DNA of 64,000 bases from Mobula hypostoma (lineage: Eukaryota): the NCBI RefSeq assembly GCF_963921235.1, contig NC_086097.1, positions 244,840,001-244,904,000 of the forward strand, given 5' to 3'. The notes below the pieces were generated by a model. The model saw only the letters and a list, made by a program, of their open reading frames with translations, did not search any database and was not told where the DNA came from. Positions 23,243 to 35,840 of the stretch are shown here, piece after piece. Position 1 is the stretch's first letter. Every line of letters begins with the position of its first letter. The translations under genes and the position numbers were made by a program.

Positions 23243-25260
23243 TCGAACAGGACCTCACTAAGGAACCCCAGGCCATTGTCTCCCACACCATCACCAACCT
23301 TATTGACTCTGGGATCTCCCATCCACCCGCCACCAACCTCATAGTTCCCACATCCTGCACCTCCTGTTTCTACCTCCTACCCAAGATCCACAAACCCACT
23401 TGTCCAGGTAGACTCATTGTTTCAGCTTGTTCCAACCCTACTGAACTCAGAGTCGAGGTATGCCGATCTGTTTTATCCCCCCCCCACCCCCCCGTAGTTC
23501 AGTTCCTTCCTACCTCCATTCGTGACACTTCACATGCTTTTGATCTTTCAAAGATTTCAAGCTCCCTGGCCCCCATCATCTCATTTTTACTATGCATGTC
23601 CAGTCCCTATATACCCCCATCCCCCACCAGGAAGGCCTTAAAGCTCTCCTTTTTTTTCTGGACGCTAGACCTAACCAGTTCCCCTCCACCACCACTCTCC
23701 TCTGCCTAGCGGAACTTGTCCTCATTCTTAATAATTTCTCCTTTGGCTCCTCCCACTTCCTTCAAACAAAAGGGGTAGCCATGGGCACTCGCATGGGTCC
23801 CATCTATGCCTGCCTGTTTGTCGGCTATGTGGAACAGTCTATGTTCCAAGCTTGCACTGGTGACCCTCCCACACTTTTCCTGCGCTACATCAGTGACTGC
23901 ATTGGTGCTGCTTCCTGCATCCATGCTGAACTCATTGACTTTATCAACTTTACTTCCAACTTCCACCCTGCCCTCAGATTCACCTGCTCCATTTCCGACA
24001 TCTCCCTTCCCTCTCTCGATCTTACTGTCTCTGTCTCCAGAAACAGCTTATCCACCGATGTCTATTACAAACCCATGGACTCTCACAGCTACCTAGACTA
24101 CACCTCATCCCACCTTACTACTTGCAAAAAAAAATCCCCTTGTCTCAATTCCTCCGTCTCTGCCGCATCTGCTCTCAGGATGAGGCTTTTCATTCTAGAA
24201 CGAAGGAGGTGTCCTCCTTTTTCAAAGAAAAGGCTTCCCTTCCTCCACCGTCAGTGCTGCCCTCAACTACATCTCTTCCATTTCACACACATCTGCTCTT
24301 ACCCCATCCTCCCACCACCCTACCAGGGATAGGATTCCTCTTGTCCTCACCTACTATCCACCAGCCTCCTTGACCAGCACATAATTCTTGGAAACTTCCA
24401 CCACCTTGAATGAGATCCCACCACCAAGCATGTCTTCCCCTTGCCCCCACTTTCTGCTTTCCGTGGGGATCGCTCCCTACGCGACTCCCTTGTCCAGTCG
24501 TCCCTCCCTACTGATCTCCCTCCTGGCACCTCCTTGTAAACGGAACAAGTGCCAGACCTGCCCCTACACCTTCTCCCTCACTACCATCCAGGGCCCTAAA
24601 CAGTCCTTCCCGGTTAAGCAACGCTTCACCTGTGAGCCTACTGGGGTCATTTACTGTGTTCGGTGCTCCTGGTGTGGCCTCCTATATATCAGTGAGACCC
24701 AACATAGATTGGAAGACCGCTTTGCCAGGCATCCACGCTCCGTCCACCAGAACAAGCAGGATTACCCAGTGGCCACCCTTTTTAATTCCACTTTCATTCC
24801 CATTCCAATATGTCCATCCATGACCTCTTCCACTGTCGTGATGAGGCCACATTTAGGTTGGAGGAACAACACCTTGTATTTCGTTTGGGTAGCTTCCAAC
24901 TTTATGGCATGAACATGGATTTCTCAAATTCCAGTAATGCCCCCTATCCTCCCCCTCCCTACCACTCTCTATTTCCCATCCCCTTTTCCCTCTCTGACCT
25001 CATCTCCCCAAACAACTTCCCAGCTCTTTACTTCATCACTGCCCCTTCAGGTTGCACCTATCACCTGACGGTTCTCTCCCCCCACCTTTTAAATCTACTC
25101 CTCAGCTTTTTTTCTCCAGTCCTGCTGAAGGGTTTTGGCCTGAAACGTCATCTGTGCCTTTTTCCATAGATGCTGCCTGGCTTGCTGAGTTCCTCCAGCA
25201 TTTTGTGTATTTTGCTTAGATTTCCAGCATCTGCAGATTTTGTCTTGTTTGTGGTTTGAT
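23243..25260 (+). mobile_element. Penelope-like element, 5'-truncated, 11-bp TSD, inserted into a Tc1-like remnant
   Basis: FYLLPKIHK, VQSLYTPIPH, QTKGVAMGTRMGP, RYISD (RT); FTCEPTGVIYCVRC...YISET (GIY-YIG); TTCTCCTCTGA at 23232-23242 and 25261-25271. Confidence 0.92.
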
Positions 25261-25997
25261 TTCTCCTCTGACCTCTCCCAATAACAAGGTGTTTTCGCCA
25301 ATAGAGCTGCCACTCACTGGATGTTTTTTTTTGGTTTTTGCATCATTCTCTGTAAACACTAGAAACTTTTGTGTCCAGGAGATCACAGTCAACGTCACTT
25401 AGACCACATTTCTTCCCCATTCTGATGTTCTGTCTGAACCACCTAAACCTCTGACCAGTGCTTTCATGCATTGTATTGCTGCAATGTGATTGACTGATTA
25501 GATATTTGCATTGTGCAGGTGTACCTAGTAAAGTGGCATCATTGATGGTAAAATTTAAAAATAAAATAAGTTTCTAAGATCAGCAGCATAAACAAGAGAT
25601 ATCCTAATTATCGTTGGCACAATACCAATGCAAGCAGTGATTCCCCGCCTGCCCCCCCCCCCCCCGTCGCAAGATTACTGGAGTTGCTGTAAAACAGATT
25701 TAAGGAAGTGGAGTAGTATTGTTGTAGTGAAGATTTTGATTGTTATGGAAATTGCTTAGATTCCTGTTAAAAATGTTAAGGCAATATTATTTATTATCTT
25801 TGGAGTACAAGAATTCCATACAAATCAAAATCTTCACACGTTGTTCCATTCTGTGTTTACTTCAGCCTGCTGTATTCAGTCGATCTGTTGCAGGTTCTTA
25901 GTCGTGCCTCGTGGTGCATTCTATGCAGGATGTTGTTAAAGAAACATATCACAATAGCAGTGATTTTCAATCACTGGAGAATTTTAATATATAAAAA

Positions 25998-26280
25998 GCG
26001 CTACAGTAGCGGTTAGTGCGACGCTGTTACAGCTCGGTGTGTCAGAGGGTTCAATTGCAGAAGTTTATACATACTCCCTGTGATAGAACGTGTTTCCTCA
26101 GGGTGCTCCACAGTCCAAACACGTACCGGTTTGTGGGTTAATTGGTGGTTGAATATTGCCTTGCAATTAGACCAGGGTGAAATAGGTGGGTTGCTAAGCC
26201 GGGCAGGTGTTTGGGCCGGAAGGGCCTGTTCCACACGGTATCTCTAAATAAATCAATCAATCAATCAATAAATAAATAAA
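25998..26280 (+). mobile_element. V-SINE / HE1-like SINE with (CAAT)/(AAAT) tail
   Basis: gtagcggttagtgcgacgctgttacagc...ggttcaatt; ends ggccggaagggcctgttcc...aaataaatcaatcaat. Confidence 0.72.
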
Positions 26281-26619
26281 GTATGCATGCTGCCTTGGTG
26301 TGGGGAAAGATGCAAGAATGCTCTGCAAAATTGCAGGGGCATGGAGAGGCTGCTGAAAACCAATGCACAGATGTGGCATCTTTTTTGTTCAGGAGGACCA
26401 CAGAACATTGGGCAGGCAGTATTCGTGAACTCTGTGAGGAGAAACTGCATGAACACAATCTGTATATTTCTGTATTATACATTATAGAAGTCTCTAATGC
26501 CTGAACTCGGCAGAGGAAAATTAGATTAAGTCTTTCCTGTTTGAATGTGAACTACAAAGTACAGCAGTGAACATTGAAACATGAGCCTTAACAGAGATCA
26601 GCATGCCGATTTGTCTAAC

Positions 26620-27030
26620 TTTAAGTAGTCCTACCTGCTCCTCCTCTTTTTTTTTGTCCTCTTGTCACCCCTTCTCCTCACCTGCCCATCACCCCCCTCT
26701 GGTTACCTTCCTCCTTTCCTTTTTTCCATGTTCCACTGTCTTCTCATATCAATTCCTTCTTCATCAGCTCTTTACCTCTTCCATCAATCGCCTTCCAGCT
26801 TCTCATTTCTTCCCCCCTCCATCACCCACCCACCTTCCCTCACTTGGTCTCACCTATCACCTGCCAACATGTACTCCCTCTCCAATCTACACCTTATTCT
26901 GGCTTCCACCCCCTTCCTTTCAAGTCTTGATGAAGGGGCTCAGCCCAAAATGTCGACTGTTTATTCCCGTCCGTAGATGCTGCCTGACCTGCAGAGTTCC
27001 TCCAGCAATTTGTGTATGTCGTTCACAAAA
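26620..27030 (+). mobile_element. Solo Penelope 3' tail (pyrimidine-rich region plus decayed hammerhead)
   Basis: caagtcttgatgaaggggctcagcccaaaatgtcgactg...agatgctgcctgacc...gagttcctccagca, same as the tail of 23243-25260. Confidence 0.75.
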
Positions 27031-28559
27031 TACAAGGTGATTACACTAAGTATACTGCAGCTTACATTCATGATTGAGCCTGTGATTTTTCTGATCTGTT
27101 CACTAGAATGTTTCACCACTGACTCATAAAGTAAAGAAATGCACACCATTTACCGTTTTGAAATGTGATGAGTGAGAAACATAACCTGAATCAATGCCAA
27201 GTGTTGATCTCAGCTGTGTACTGAACTGAGGAAAGATACTATCTGTAAGCCAGAAACACTGGGGAAGATGGTGGGAGAAAGTAAGGAGCAAAGTTAGTAC
27301 ATAAGGGAGAACCTTAACAGGATTATTTTGTTCAATGTAGTTCGCAAAGGTTCAATAAAAATGGAAAGGAACACGTGGGTCAGAATCTATATAACTTCAT
27401 AAAAATAATTAAAAGAAATGCTGGATGTTTTGAACACTTGCATATTTGTGTAGCATTTGCTTTTTAATGCATCAATTCTTGCACCCCTCCCATCATCCAA
27501 CATGTGCTATCTCCATTAGCCACCTCACTTATGCTGTCAGTTACTTGCATCTGTGTTCATTATCAATTCCAGGTAACAACTATTTTTTCACCAATATTGT
27601 ATATGTAATTTTACATTAAACTTGCAATCCAGGAGCATGATTGTTGGGAAGCCATTTTGTGTCAAACACTATTCATTGACGGTATATTTTGATAAGTTAT
27701 TCAAATGTATCATTAAATTCTTGATCAAATTTGCAACTATCCTTTCTTTTTGCAAATATCGATTCAAACCAGGTGAACCTTAACAAATGTTCATACCATT
27801 GTGGTGTCTTGCATACACTGCAACCAAAAATATCTTGAACATGTTTTCAAATGGCAGATATGTTTGGAAAACCCATTTCTTAGTTGTCTTCTAAGTCTTC
27901 TTTTCAGTGCTGCACATGTATTGTTTTTGAATTCAGAATAAACTCCTGGATTCATTGCTTGCTGCTTTAGTAGCTGACTACTACTTTATTTTTAATTTCT
28001 CATACATTTGAAGCTCATCTTTTTTAGAGTTTGCTTGTCCTGAGTGTTATAAATTTTAGTTTGTGTAGAAAGCACTTACAATGCCTATTATTCTCAGTTG
28101 TGGTAGGGCAGGAAACAGAATGTCAGTCTTCCACTGTTTTCATGTTAAATTTTGCTCCATTTATTTTTGGTTCTAAGCTTGCAGTTTGGTGAATATTTCT
28201 TATTCAAGAGTACACTTGAAAAACTGTGTTTAATTTCATTCCATATGCATGAAAATTGTGATATTTGTATTACTCAATAATGATACAGCTTTATCAGCTA
28301 TTAACCTCAAGTATACTGTACCTATGCAAAAATCAGCTCCAAAGTTAGATAAAACTGACGTGATTTGACTTAATTCATATCATTGAATTTTTTTTCTTTA
28401 TTTCTATGTTAATTTAATGTGCATTTTGCATTATTACATTAAAAATGTCAATGTTCTTGTAAATTTTAGTACTTTGGGACCAAGTTTTATTATACAATCT
28501 AAATTCCTTTCCATCCCCATAGTTTCTTTCTGAAACATAGAGGAAAATAGTCTGGTAAT

Positions 28560-29385
28560 TTCCTGCACAGGACCGAAAGAAGCTGCAGAAGGTTGTAATT
28601 CTAGTCAGCTCCATCCTGGGCACTAGCCTACAAAGTACCCAGAACGTCTTTAGGGAGTGGTGTCTCAGAAAAGCAGCATCCATTATTAAGGACCTCCAGC
28701 ACCCAGAGTACACCCTTTTCTCACTGTTACCATCAGGTAGGAGATACAGAAGTCTGAAGGCACACACTCAGCGATTCCCCTCTGCCATCCGATTCCTAAA
28801 TGGACATTGAAATTTGGACACTACCTCACTTTTTTAATATACAGTATTTCTGTTTTTGCACATTTAAAAAAGATCTATTCAGTATACGTAATTGATTTAC
28901 TTGTTTATTTAGTATTATGTTTTTTATTTTATTTTTTTCTCTCTCTGTCTTTGCTAGATTATGTATTGCATTGAACTGCTGCTGCTAAGTTAACAAATTT
29001 AACATCACATGCCAGTGATAATAAATCTGATTCTGAAATTGCATCTCATAGTTATAGTCATACTTTATTGATCCCGGGGAAAATTGGTTTTCGTTACAGT
29101 TGCACCATAAATAATAAATAGTAATAAAACTATAAATAGTTAAATAGTAATATGTAAATTATGCCAGGAAATAAGTCCAGGACCAGCCTATTGGCTCAGG
29201 GTGTCTGACCCTCCAAGGGAGGAGTTGTAAAGTTTGATGGCCACAGGCAGGAATGACTTCCTGTGACGCTCTGTTGCATCTCGGTGGAATGAGTCTCTGG
29301 CTGAATGTACTCCTGTGCCCACCCAGTACATTATGTAGTGGATGGGAGACATTGTCCAAGATGGCATGCAACTTGGACAGCAACT
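28560..29385. mobile_element. Two Rex1/Babar-type LINE 3' fragments, tail-to-tail (plus 28560-29037, minus 29060-29385)
   Basis: HP..LFSLLPSGRRYRSLK-type coding on plus with tctgattctga tail; AILDNVSHPLH...RLIPPRC on minus. Confidence 0.6.
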
Positions 29386-29609
29386 ATTTTAATGCTAGGC
29401 GTCTCAGAAAACACATAGCATTATGTTGTTGTTGACATTGCTCAGACATAGTTGAAAGACAGGGTGGATGGGCAACTCAAACATCCTAGGCTTTAGAATT
29501 TTAAGGTGAAGTGGATATATGGGAGGGAGTGGTGTTGGGAGTGCAAGACACAATACACCTCTGTAAGGAATGAGAGGAATGGTCTTGGGCATCAGTTACT
29601 TATGTTAGG

Positions 29610-32600
29610 AGATAAGTGCATCGATGAGGGTATTGCAGTAGATGTGGACTACATGGACTTCAGTAAGGCCTTTAACAAGGTCCCACATGAGAGTGAAAAG
29701 TTTAGAGCACAGTATGCCAAATTGGCTTGACAGATGTGATGGTAGATCATAAACACAAGAGATTCTGCAAATGTTGGAAATCTTGAGCAACAGACACAAA
29801 ATGCTAGAGGAACTCAGCAGGTCAGGCAGCATTTATGGTGGGAAATAAACAGTCGATAATTTGGCCCAAGACCCATCACCTTAACTAAAATGTCAGCTGT
29901 TTATTGCTTTCCATTGATGCTGCCTGATTTTCTAAGTTCCTGCAGCTTTTTGTTTGCGATAGGAGATGGCAGTTTTCAAGATTGCATGTCTCTGACTAAT
30001 AGTGTTCCACAGAGATCGTTGCTGGGACTCATGCTGTTTGTAATAGATGTGAACAATTTTTATGCGGGTGTAAAGTTTGGCACAAAGATTGGTGGAGTTG
30101 GTAAAATGGGTTGAGAAATGGCAGATAGAATTTAATCCATATAAATGTGAGGTGATTCATTACAAGGGGGTATGGATAGGATAGACTGCAAGAATTTTTT
30201 AGAAACATAGAAAACCTACAGCACAATACAGGCCCTTCAGCCCACAATGCTGTGCCGAACATGTACGTACTTTAGAAATTATCTAGGGTTACCCATAGCT
30301 TTCTATTTTTCCAAGCTCCAGGAACCTCTTAAAAGACCCTATTGTATCCGCTGCCTCCACAGTCGCCGGCAGCCCATTCCACACACTCACCACTCTGCGT
30401 TAAAAACTTGCCCCTGACATCCCCTCTGTACCTATTTCCAAGCACCTTAAAATTGTGCCCCCTTGTGTTAGCCATTTCAGCCTTGGGGAAAAAAGCCTCT
30501 GACTATCCACATGTTCAATGCCTCTCATCATCTTATACACCTCTATCAGGTCACCTCTCTTCCTCCGTCATTCCAAGGAGAAAAGGCCAAGTTCACTCAA
30601 TCTGTTTTCATAAGGCATGCTCCCCAATCCAGGCAGCATCCTTGTAAATCTCCTCGGCACCCTTTGTATAGTTTCCACACCCTTCCTGTAGTGAGATGAC
30701 CAGAACTGAGCACAATACTCCATGTGGAGTCTGACCAGGGGTCTATACAGCTCTAACATTACCTCTCGGCTCTTAAACTCAATCCCACGTTTGATGATGG
30801 CCAATACACTGTATGCTTTCTTAACCACAGTCAACCTGCGCAGCAGCTTTGAGTGTCCTATGGACTCAGACCTGAAGATCCCTCTGATCCTCTGCACTGC
30901 TAAGAGTCTTACCATTAATACTATATTTTGCCATCATATTTGACCTACCAAAATTAACCACTTCACACTCATCTGGGTTGAACATCTGCCACTTCTCAGC
31001 CCAGTTTTGCATCCTATCAATGTCCTGCTGTAACCTCTGACAGTCCTGCACACTATCCACAGTACCCCCAACCTTTGTGTCATCAACAAATTTACTAACC
31101 CATCCATCCACTTCCTCATCCAGGTCATTTTTAAAAATCACGAAGAGAAGAGGTCCCAGAACAGATCCCTGAGGCACACCACTGGTCACCGGCCTGCATG
31201 CAGAATATGACCCATCTACAACCACTCTTTGTCTTCTGTGGGCAAGCCAATTCTGGATTTGCAAAGCAAGTTCCCCTTGGATCCCATGCCTCCTCACTTC
31301 CTCAATTAGCCTTGCATGGGGTACCTGATCAAATGCCTTGCTGAAATTCATATACACTACAACTACTGCTCTTCCTTCATAAATGTGTTTAGTCACATCC
31401 TCAAAAAATTCAATCAGGCTTGTAAGGCATGACCTGCCTTTGACAAAGACATGCTGACTATTCCTAATCATATTATGCCTCTCCAAATGTTCATAAATCC
31501 TGCCTGTCAGGATCTTTTCCATCAGCTTACCAGCCACTGAAGTAAGACTTACTGGTCTATAATTTCCTGGGCTATCTCTACTCCCTTTCTTGAATAAGGG
31601 AACAACATCTGCAACCCTCCAATCCTCTGGAACCTCTCCTGTTTCCATTGATGATGCAAAAATCATTGCCAGAGGCTCAGCAGTCTCCTCCCTCACCTCC
31701 CACAGCAGCCTGGGGTATATCTTGTCCAGTCTGGATAACTTATCCAACTTGATGCTCCAGCACATTCTCTTTCTTGATGTCTATATGCTCAAGCTTTTCA
31801 GTCCACTGTAAGTCATCCCTACAATCGCCGAGGTCCTTTTCCATAGTGAATACTGAAGCAAAGTATTCATTAAGTACCTCAACTACCTCCTCTTATCACA
31901 TCTTATCCTCTTGTTCGTCACATATTTGTAGAATGCCTTGGGGTTTTCCTTAATCCTGTCTGCCAAGGCCTTCTCATGGCCCTTCTGGCTCTCCTAATTT
32001 CATTCTTAAGCTCCTTCCTGCTAGCCTTATAGATTTCTAGATCTGTATCATTATCTAGTTTTTTGAACCTTTTGTAAGCTTTTTTCCCCCTTCTGGACTA
32101 GATTGTCAACAGCCTTTATACATCATGGTTCCTGTACCCTACCATCCTTTCCCTGTCTCATTGGAACATACCTGTGCAGAATGCCACACAAATATCCCCT
32201 GAACATATGCCACATTTCTGCCGTACATTTCCATGAACATCTGTTCCCAATTTATTTTTCCAAGTTCCTGCTTGATAACTTCATATTTCCCCTTACTCCA
32301 ATTAAACGCTTTCCTAACTTGTCTGTTCCTATCCCTCTCCAATGCTGTGGTAAAGGAGATAGAATTATGATCACTATCTCCAAAATGCTCTCGCACTGAG
32401 AGACCTGACACCTGACCAGGTCCATTTCCCAATACCAGATCAAGTACAGCCTCTCCTCTTGTTGGCTTATCTACATATTGTGTCAGGAAACCTTCTTGAA
32501 CACACCTAACAAACTCCACCCCATCTAAACCCCTTGCTCTAGGGAGATGCCAATCAATATTGGGAAAATTAAATCTCCCACCATGACAACCCTGTTATTA

Positions 32601-32960
32601 TGGCATCTTTCCAGAATCTGTCTTCCTATCTGCTCCTCGATGTCCCTGTTACTTTTGGGTGGTCTTTTCTCTTTATCAAAAGTAACTAACGCTGGAAATT
32701 TTAGATTTTGGGTAAGGGATAGAGAGTTGGAGGGGATCTGCAGGGGAACTTTCTCACCTAGAGTGCTGAGTATGTGAAACACACTCCCTGAGAGAGTGGT
32801 CAAAGCAGAGTCACTGACAGCCTTTAAACAGTATCTAGACAAGCACTTAAATCACCTCAGTTAGTCCAAGTACTGGTAAATTGGATTAGTATAGACTGGC
32901 GCCCACTGGTATGCATAGATGATATGGGCGAAATGCTTGTTTACATGCTGCATGCCTCAA
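29610..32960 (+). mobile_element. Old plus-strand CR1 fragment interrupted by an inverted Penelope-tail pair (~29745-29960) and the younger CR1
   Basis: AVDVDYMDFSKAFNKVPH at 29630-29690, SVPQRSLLG ~30000, and CR1 3' end sequence at 32700-32960. Confidence 0.65.
30200..32665 (-). mobile_element. CR1 LINE (endonuclease C-terminus through RT and 3'UTR), frameshifted
   Basis: ORFs 30568..30915, 30866..31765, 32139..32519, 32525..32842 (VMVGD, PTRGEAVLDLV, GDSDH, GVPQGSVLGP, FVDD); tail tagaaacatagaaaacc. Confidence 0.93.
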
Positions 32961-33380
32961 AGACCGGTCCTAATGTACTAAAATCATTCCAAAATTGTCA
33001 TCGCTGGGTGTCTGTTGCTTTTTTAGGATCTAGGATACTCTGTAATCTTAGGTATTCTATCACTGTGCATGCCCATAAATAGCTGTATGCAAGACACAAT
33101 GCACTTCTGTAAGAAATGAGAGAAATGGTCTTGGTCATCAGTTACTTATTAACTAGAGTAGTGTAATGTACTCTGATACTTGGGTGCAACTGTCACCTGC
33201 AATATACAGTATATATAAATCAGATTTTTTTTATCACAACTTGTGGAATGTCAAAAGCTTCATTTCTTTCATTTGTCATTCATGTAAATCTACCTTGTCC
33301 ATGCCTCATCATAGATTTCCAAAACGAAATAACAAAATTATCTCTTTATAAATCGTATTCATGCCTTTATACTTGTTCAG

Positions 33381-33407
33381 GATCACAGTCAGCCATCCCA
33401 AATTGTG
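33381..33407 (+). CDS. CLASP2: CLASP 27-nt microexon, phase 1-1, (R)SQSAIPNC
   Basis: atgcctttatacttgttcag|GATCACAGTCAGCCATCCCAAATTGTG|gtaaga; frame-preserving; resembles the recalled CLASP1 segment RSRSANPAG at the same position after SQSQ. Confidence 0.75.
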
Positions 33408-33479
33408 GTAAGATTCTCTAGATTTTAGATGTGTTGTCTGTGATATGCTTGCATTTTCATGCATTTCTGCAGTTATAAA

Positions 33480-33506
33480 TGTGTGTGTGTGTGTGTGTGT
33501 GTGTGT
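33480..33506. repeat. (TG)13 microsatellite
   Basis: Directly visible, 73 nt downstream of the 27-nt microexon. Confidence 0.95.
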
Positions 33507-34398
33507 CTGCTCTCTCTACATCATATGAGAAATATAACCAAGTACAAAATCAATGCAAAATGCACAATGAGTTATAGGTATGTTAGCATCTTTCAGGGAG
33601 GCATAGGAAAGCAAACCAAAGAAATGCTTTGTGCCCTTTGCATGAACGAAAACTAACTATCTCTTATGGAATTGACCCTCAGCCAGATGATGTAACACAG
33701 CAGATAAAAATGAATAAAACCAGTCAGATTACAGAACCATATGTTTCTGACACCTCTTTACAGTGATTACTATTTCATTTTAATCCTCCACATTTTGGAA
33801 ATTCTCTAGAAAGAATTAAATGATTCTGTAATGGCTGATATAACTTGCTTCAGACATTTTGATGCAAATTTCAATTGAATCATTGCATCAAGACCATCTT
33901 TATGGTTAAATTGAAATATACTAAACACCGGAGTTTAATCTTTTGTGTTCAGTTACTTTATGTATCTCGCACGACGTCCCTTCTTTTCTTAAATATTTAA
34001 ATATGGAAGATTGCTAATTCTAAGTTGATGATACGCTGTTCTTGTTTGCAGCATTCCAAAATAATTTAGTCCAGTTTGTATTCATTTTAAATTTACTTTT
34101 GACTTAGTAGCTACAAAAATTTTTGAGGAAGTTAATAAAGTAAACTGTATTAATAATTTTTGATTAACTTGAAATGCTAAGACTGCCCATTAATGACACC
34201 TGCCGAACCAGATTAAATGTTCCTTAAGACATGGGCCAATTGTCATGCATATATGTAATAACAGTGAAAAAATAATTGTATTCAAATGCTCGTGCTATGT
34301 TACATCAACCACATGGACATGAGTTATTTTGATTACTTGTTTTATTACTGCTGTTGGAGCAGATAGTCAGGAGTGTTTTCTGCACATTTTTATTTCAG

Positions 34399-34569
34399 CT
34401 GCGAGTCGCTCTGGTTCTCCTGGAAGAGTATTAAACAGCACCGCACTTTCAACCATGAGTATTGGAGCTCCACGGGCAATTCCCACTGGAGCTGCAGGGC
34501 AGAAACGCAGCAAGATACCACGCAGTCAAGGATGCAGTAGGGAAGCAAGCCCGTCTCGATTGTCTCTGG
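34399..34569 (+). CDS. CLASP2: CLASP2 171-nt exon, phase 1-1, first SxIP motif (SKIP)
   Basis: ttttatttcag|CT GCG AGT CGC ... TCT CTG G|gtaaga; ASRSGSPGRVLNSTALSTMSIGAPRAIPTGAAGQKRSKIPRSQGCSREASPSRLSL (visible in ORF 34329..34580). Confidence 0.96.
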
Positions 34570-34682
34570 GTAAGAAATAACTTCCGATGCCATTTATTCA
34601 ATTATGTTCTGTTGTAAATTTGTTTCATGCTTCCTCCTATCCATATTGGCGGCCTTTGAGAGTTCCCACCTTTGATATAAGT

Positions 34683-34772
34683 CAAGGTTTCCCAACTTCT
34701 TAATGCCATGGACCCCCACCCCCCACCTCTCATTAACCAATGGGTCTGTGGACCCCAGGTTGGGAACCTCTG
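34683..34772. mobile_element. hAT-type MITE (~90 bp)
   Basis: TIRs caaggtttcccaac / gttgggaacctctg; imperfect 8-bp TSD atataagt / gtttaagt. Confidence 0.72.
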
Positions 34773-35840
34773 GTTTAAGTGTAGGTTGTTGGTAACTTCT
34801 TTTTTGTCACTTGCTGTTGTTCCAGAAGTGACACCTTGCTGCCCCATCTGCTTGTCACAAATTGACAGCAGTATTAGCACGTTATAAGCAAGTCATCCTT
34901 CAATATATTTTGATTAATACTGGCCTGTCCTTTCACACCTATAGAGTGGCAGACTGAGGGAAGGGTCCATTCATTTTTTTTAGCTGTGCTTCCATCTGCA
35001 ATTATAGGCAGTAGCCAACAGGTGGCCAAAGCTCACTCTTGATCTTAAAGCATCTTCCACCTAAAACATTAATTCTTCTTCTCTTTTCACAGAGCTGCCT
35101 AACTTATTGGTTGATTCCAGCATTTTTCTGTTTTATTTCCCATTTCAAGCATCTGCAATTTTTGTTTTGTTTGCATTGCATTTTCTCTGGATCAGTAAAG
35201 CCTTTCATACTGCCTGGTCTTCTCATGGAAAATGCAAGATTCCCAACCCCCTTTCCGTCACTCAACTTTGCCCTCAGTCTTAGCAGACGTCAAAAGGTCT
35301 GTATTGTCAGTACATATTAGGACCTTTTTTCCTGGAGTGTAGGAGAATGAGAGGAGATTTGAAATACAAAATTATTTTTAAGATTGAATGATGTTGCAGA
35401 CTTTATTAGTCCAATGCCCCATTACTACTCCTACTCTGGTTTCATTTCTTCCCTCTTTTCCTCAGTCTACCAAATTCTTACCCACCTCCACATTAAATGC
35501 TTCTAATGATCAAACTTACCAACCGTTGGGGCAAAGAATTCCAGAGGTTAAACATACATTGGTAGTCTAATTGCTGAGCGATTTCTATCAGTTTTTCAAA
35601 TATTTCTGCAAGCTCATGAATAGCGTATTGATCAGTGGCTGAATGGCTGAGTCTGAAAAGTTCTAAAAAATGAGGAAACATAGATCTGGCGGGTATCAGG
35701 TGCAAATTATGTGGAAATTACAATCTGCAGCCTGATGAGCTGTTTTGGGCTGTATATCTAAGAAAAGATGTGGTGGCGTTGGACAGGGTCCAGAAGCAAC
35801 TTACGAGAATGATCCCATGAATGAACGGGTTAATGTGGAA

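Noticed and set aside
25866..25893. Possible 28-nt exon after tttacttcag
   Set aside because: Poor donor (gttctt), frame-shifting, no homology.
27520..27580. ccag|gtaac motif as a microexon or recursive splice site
   Set aside because: Candidate exons of 53 or 32 nt are not frame-preserving, the pyrimidine tract is weak, and there is no peptide similarity.
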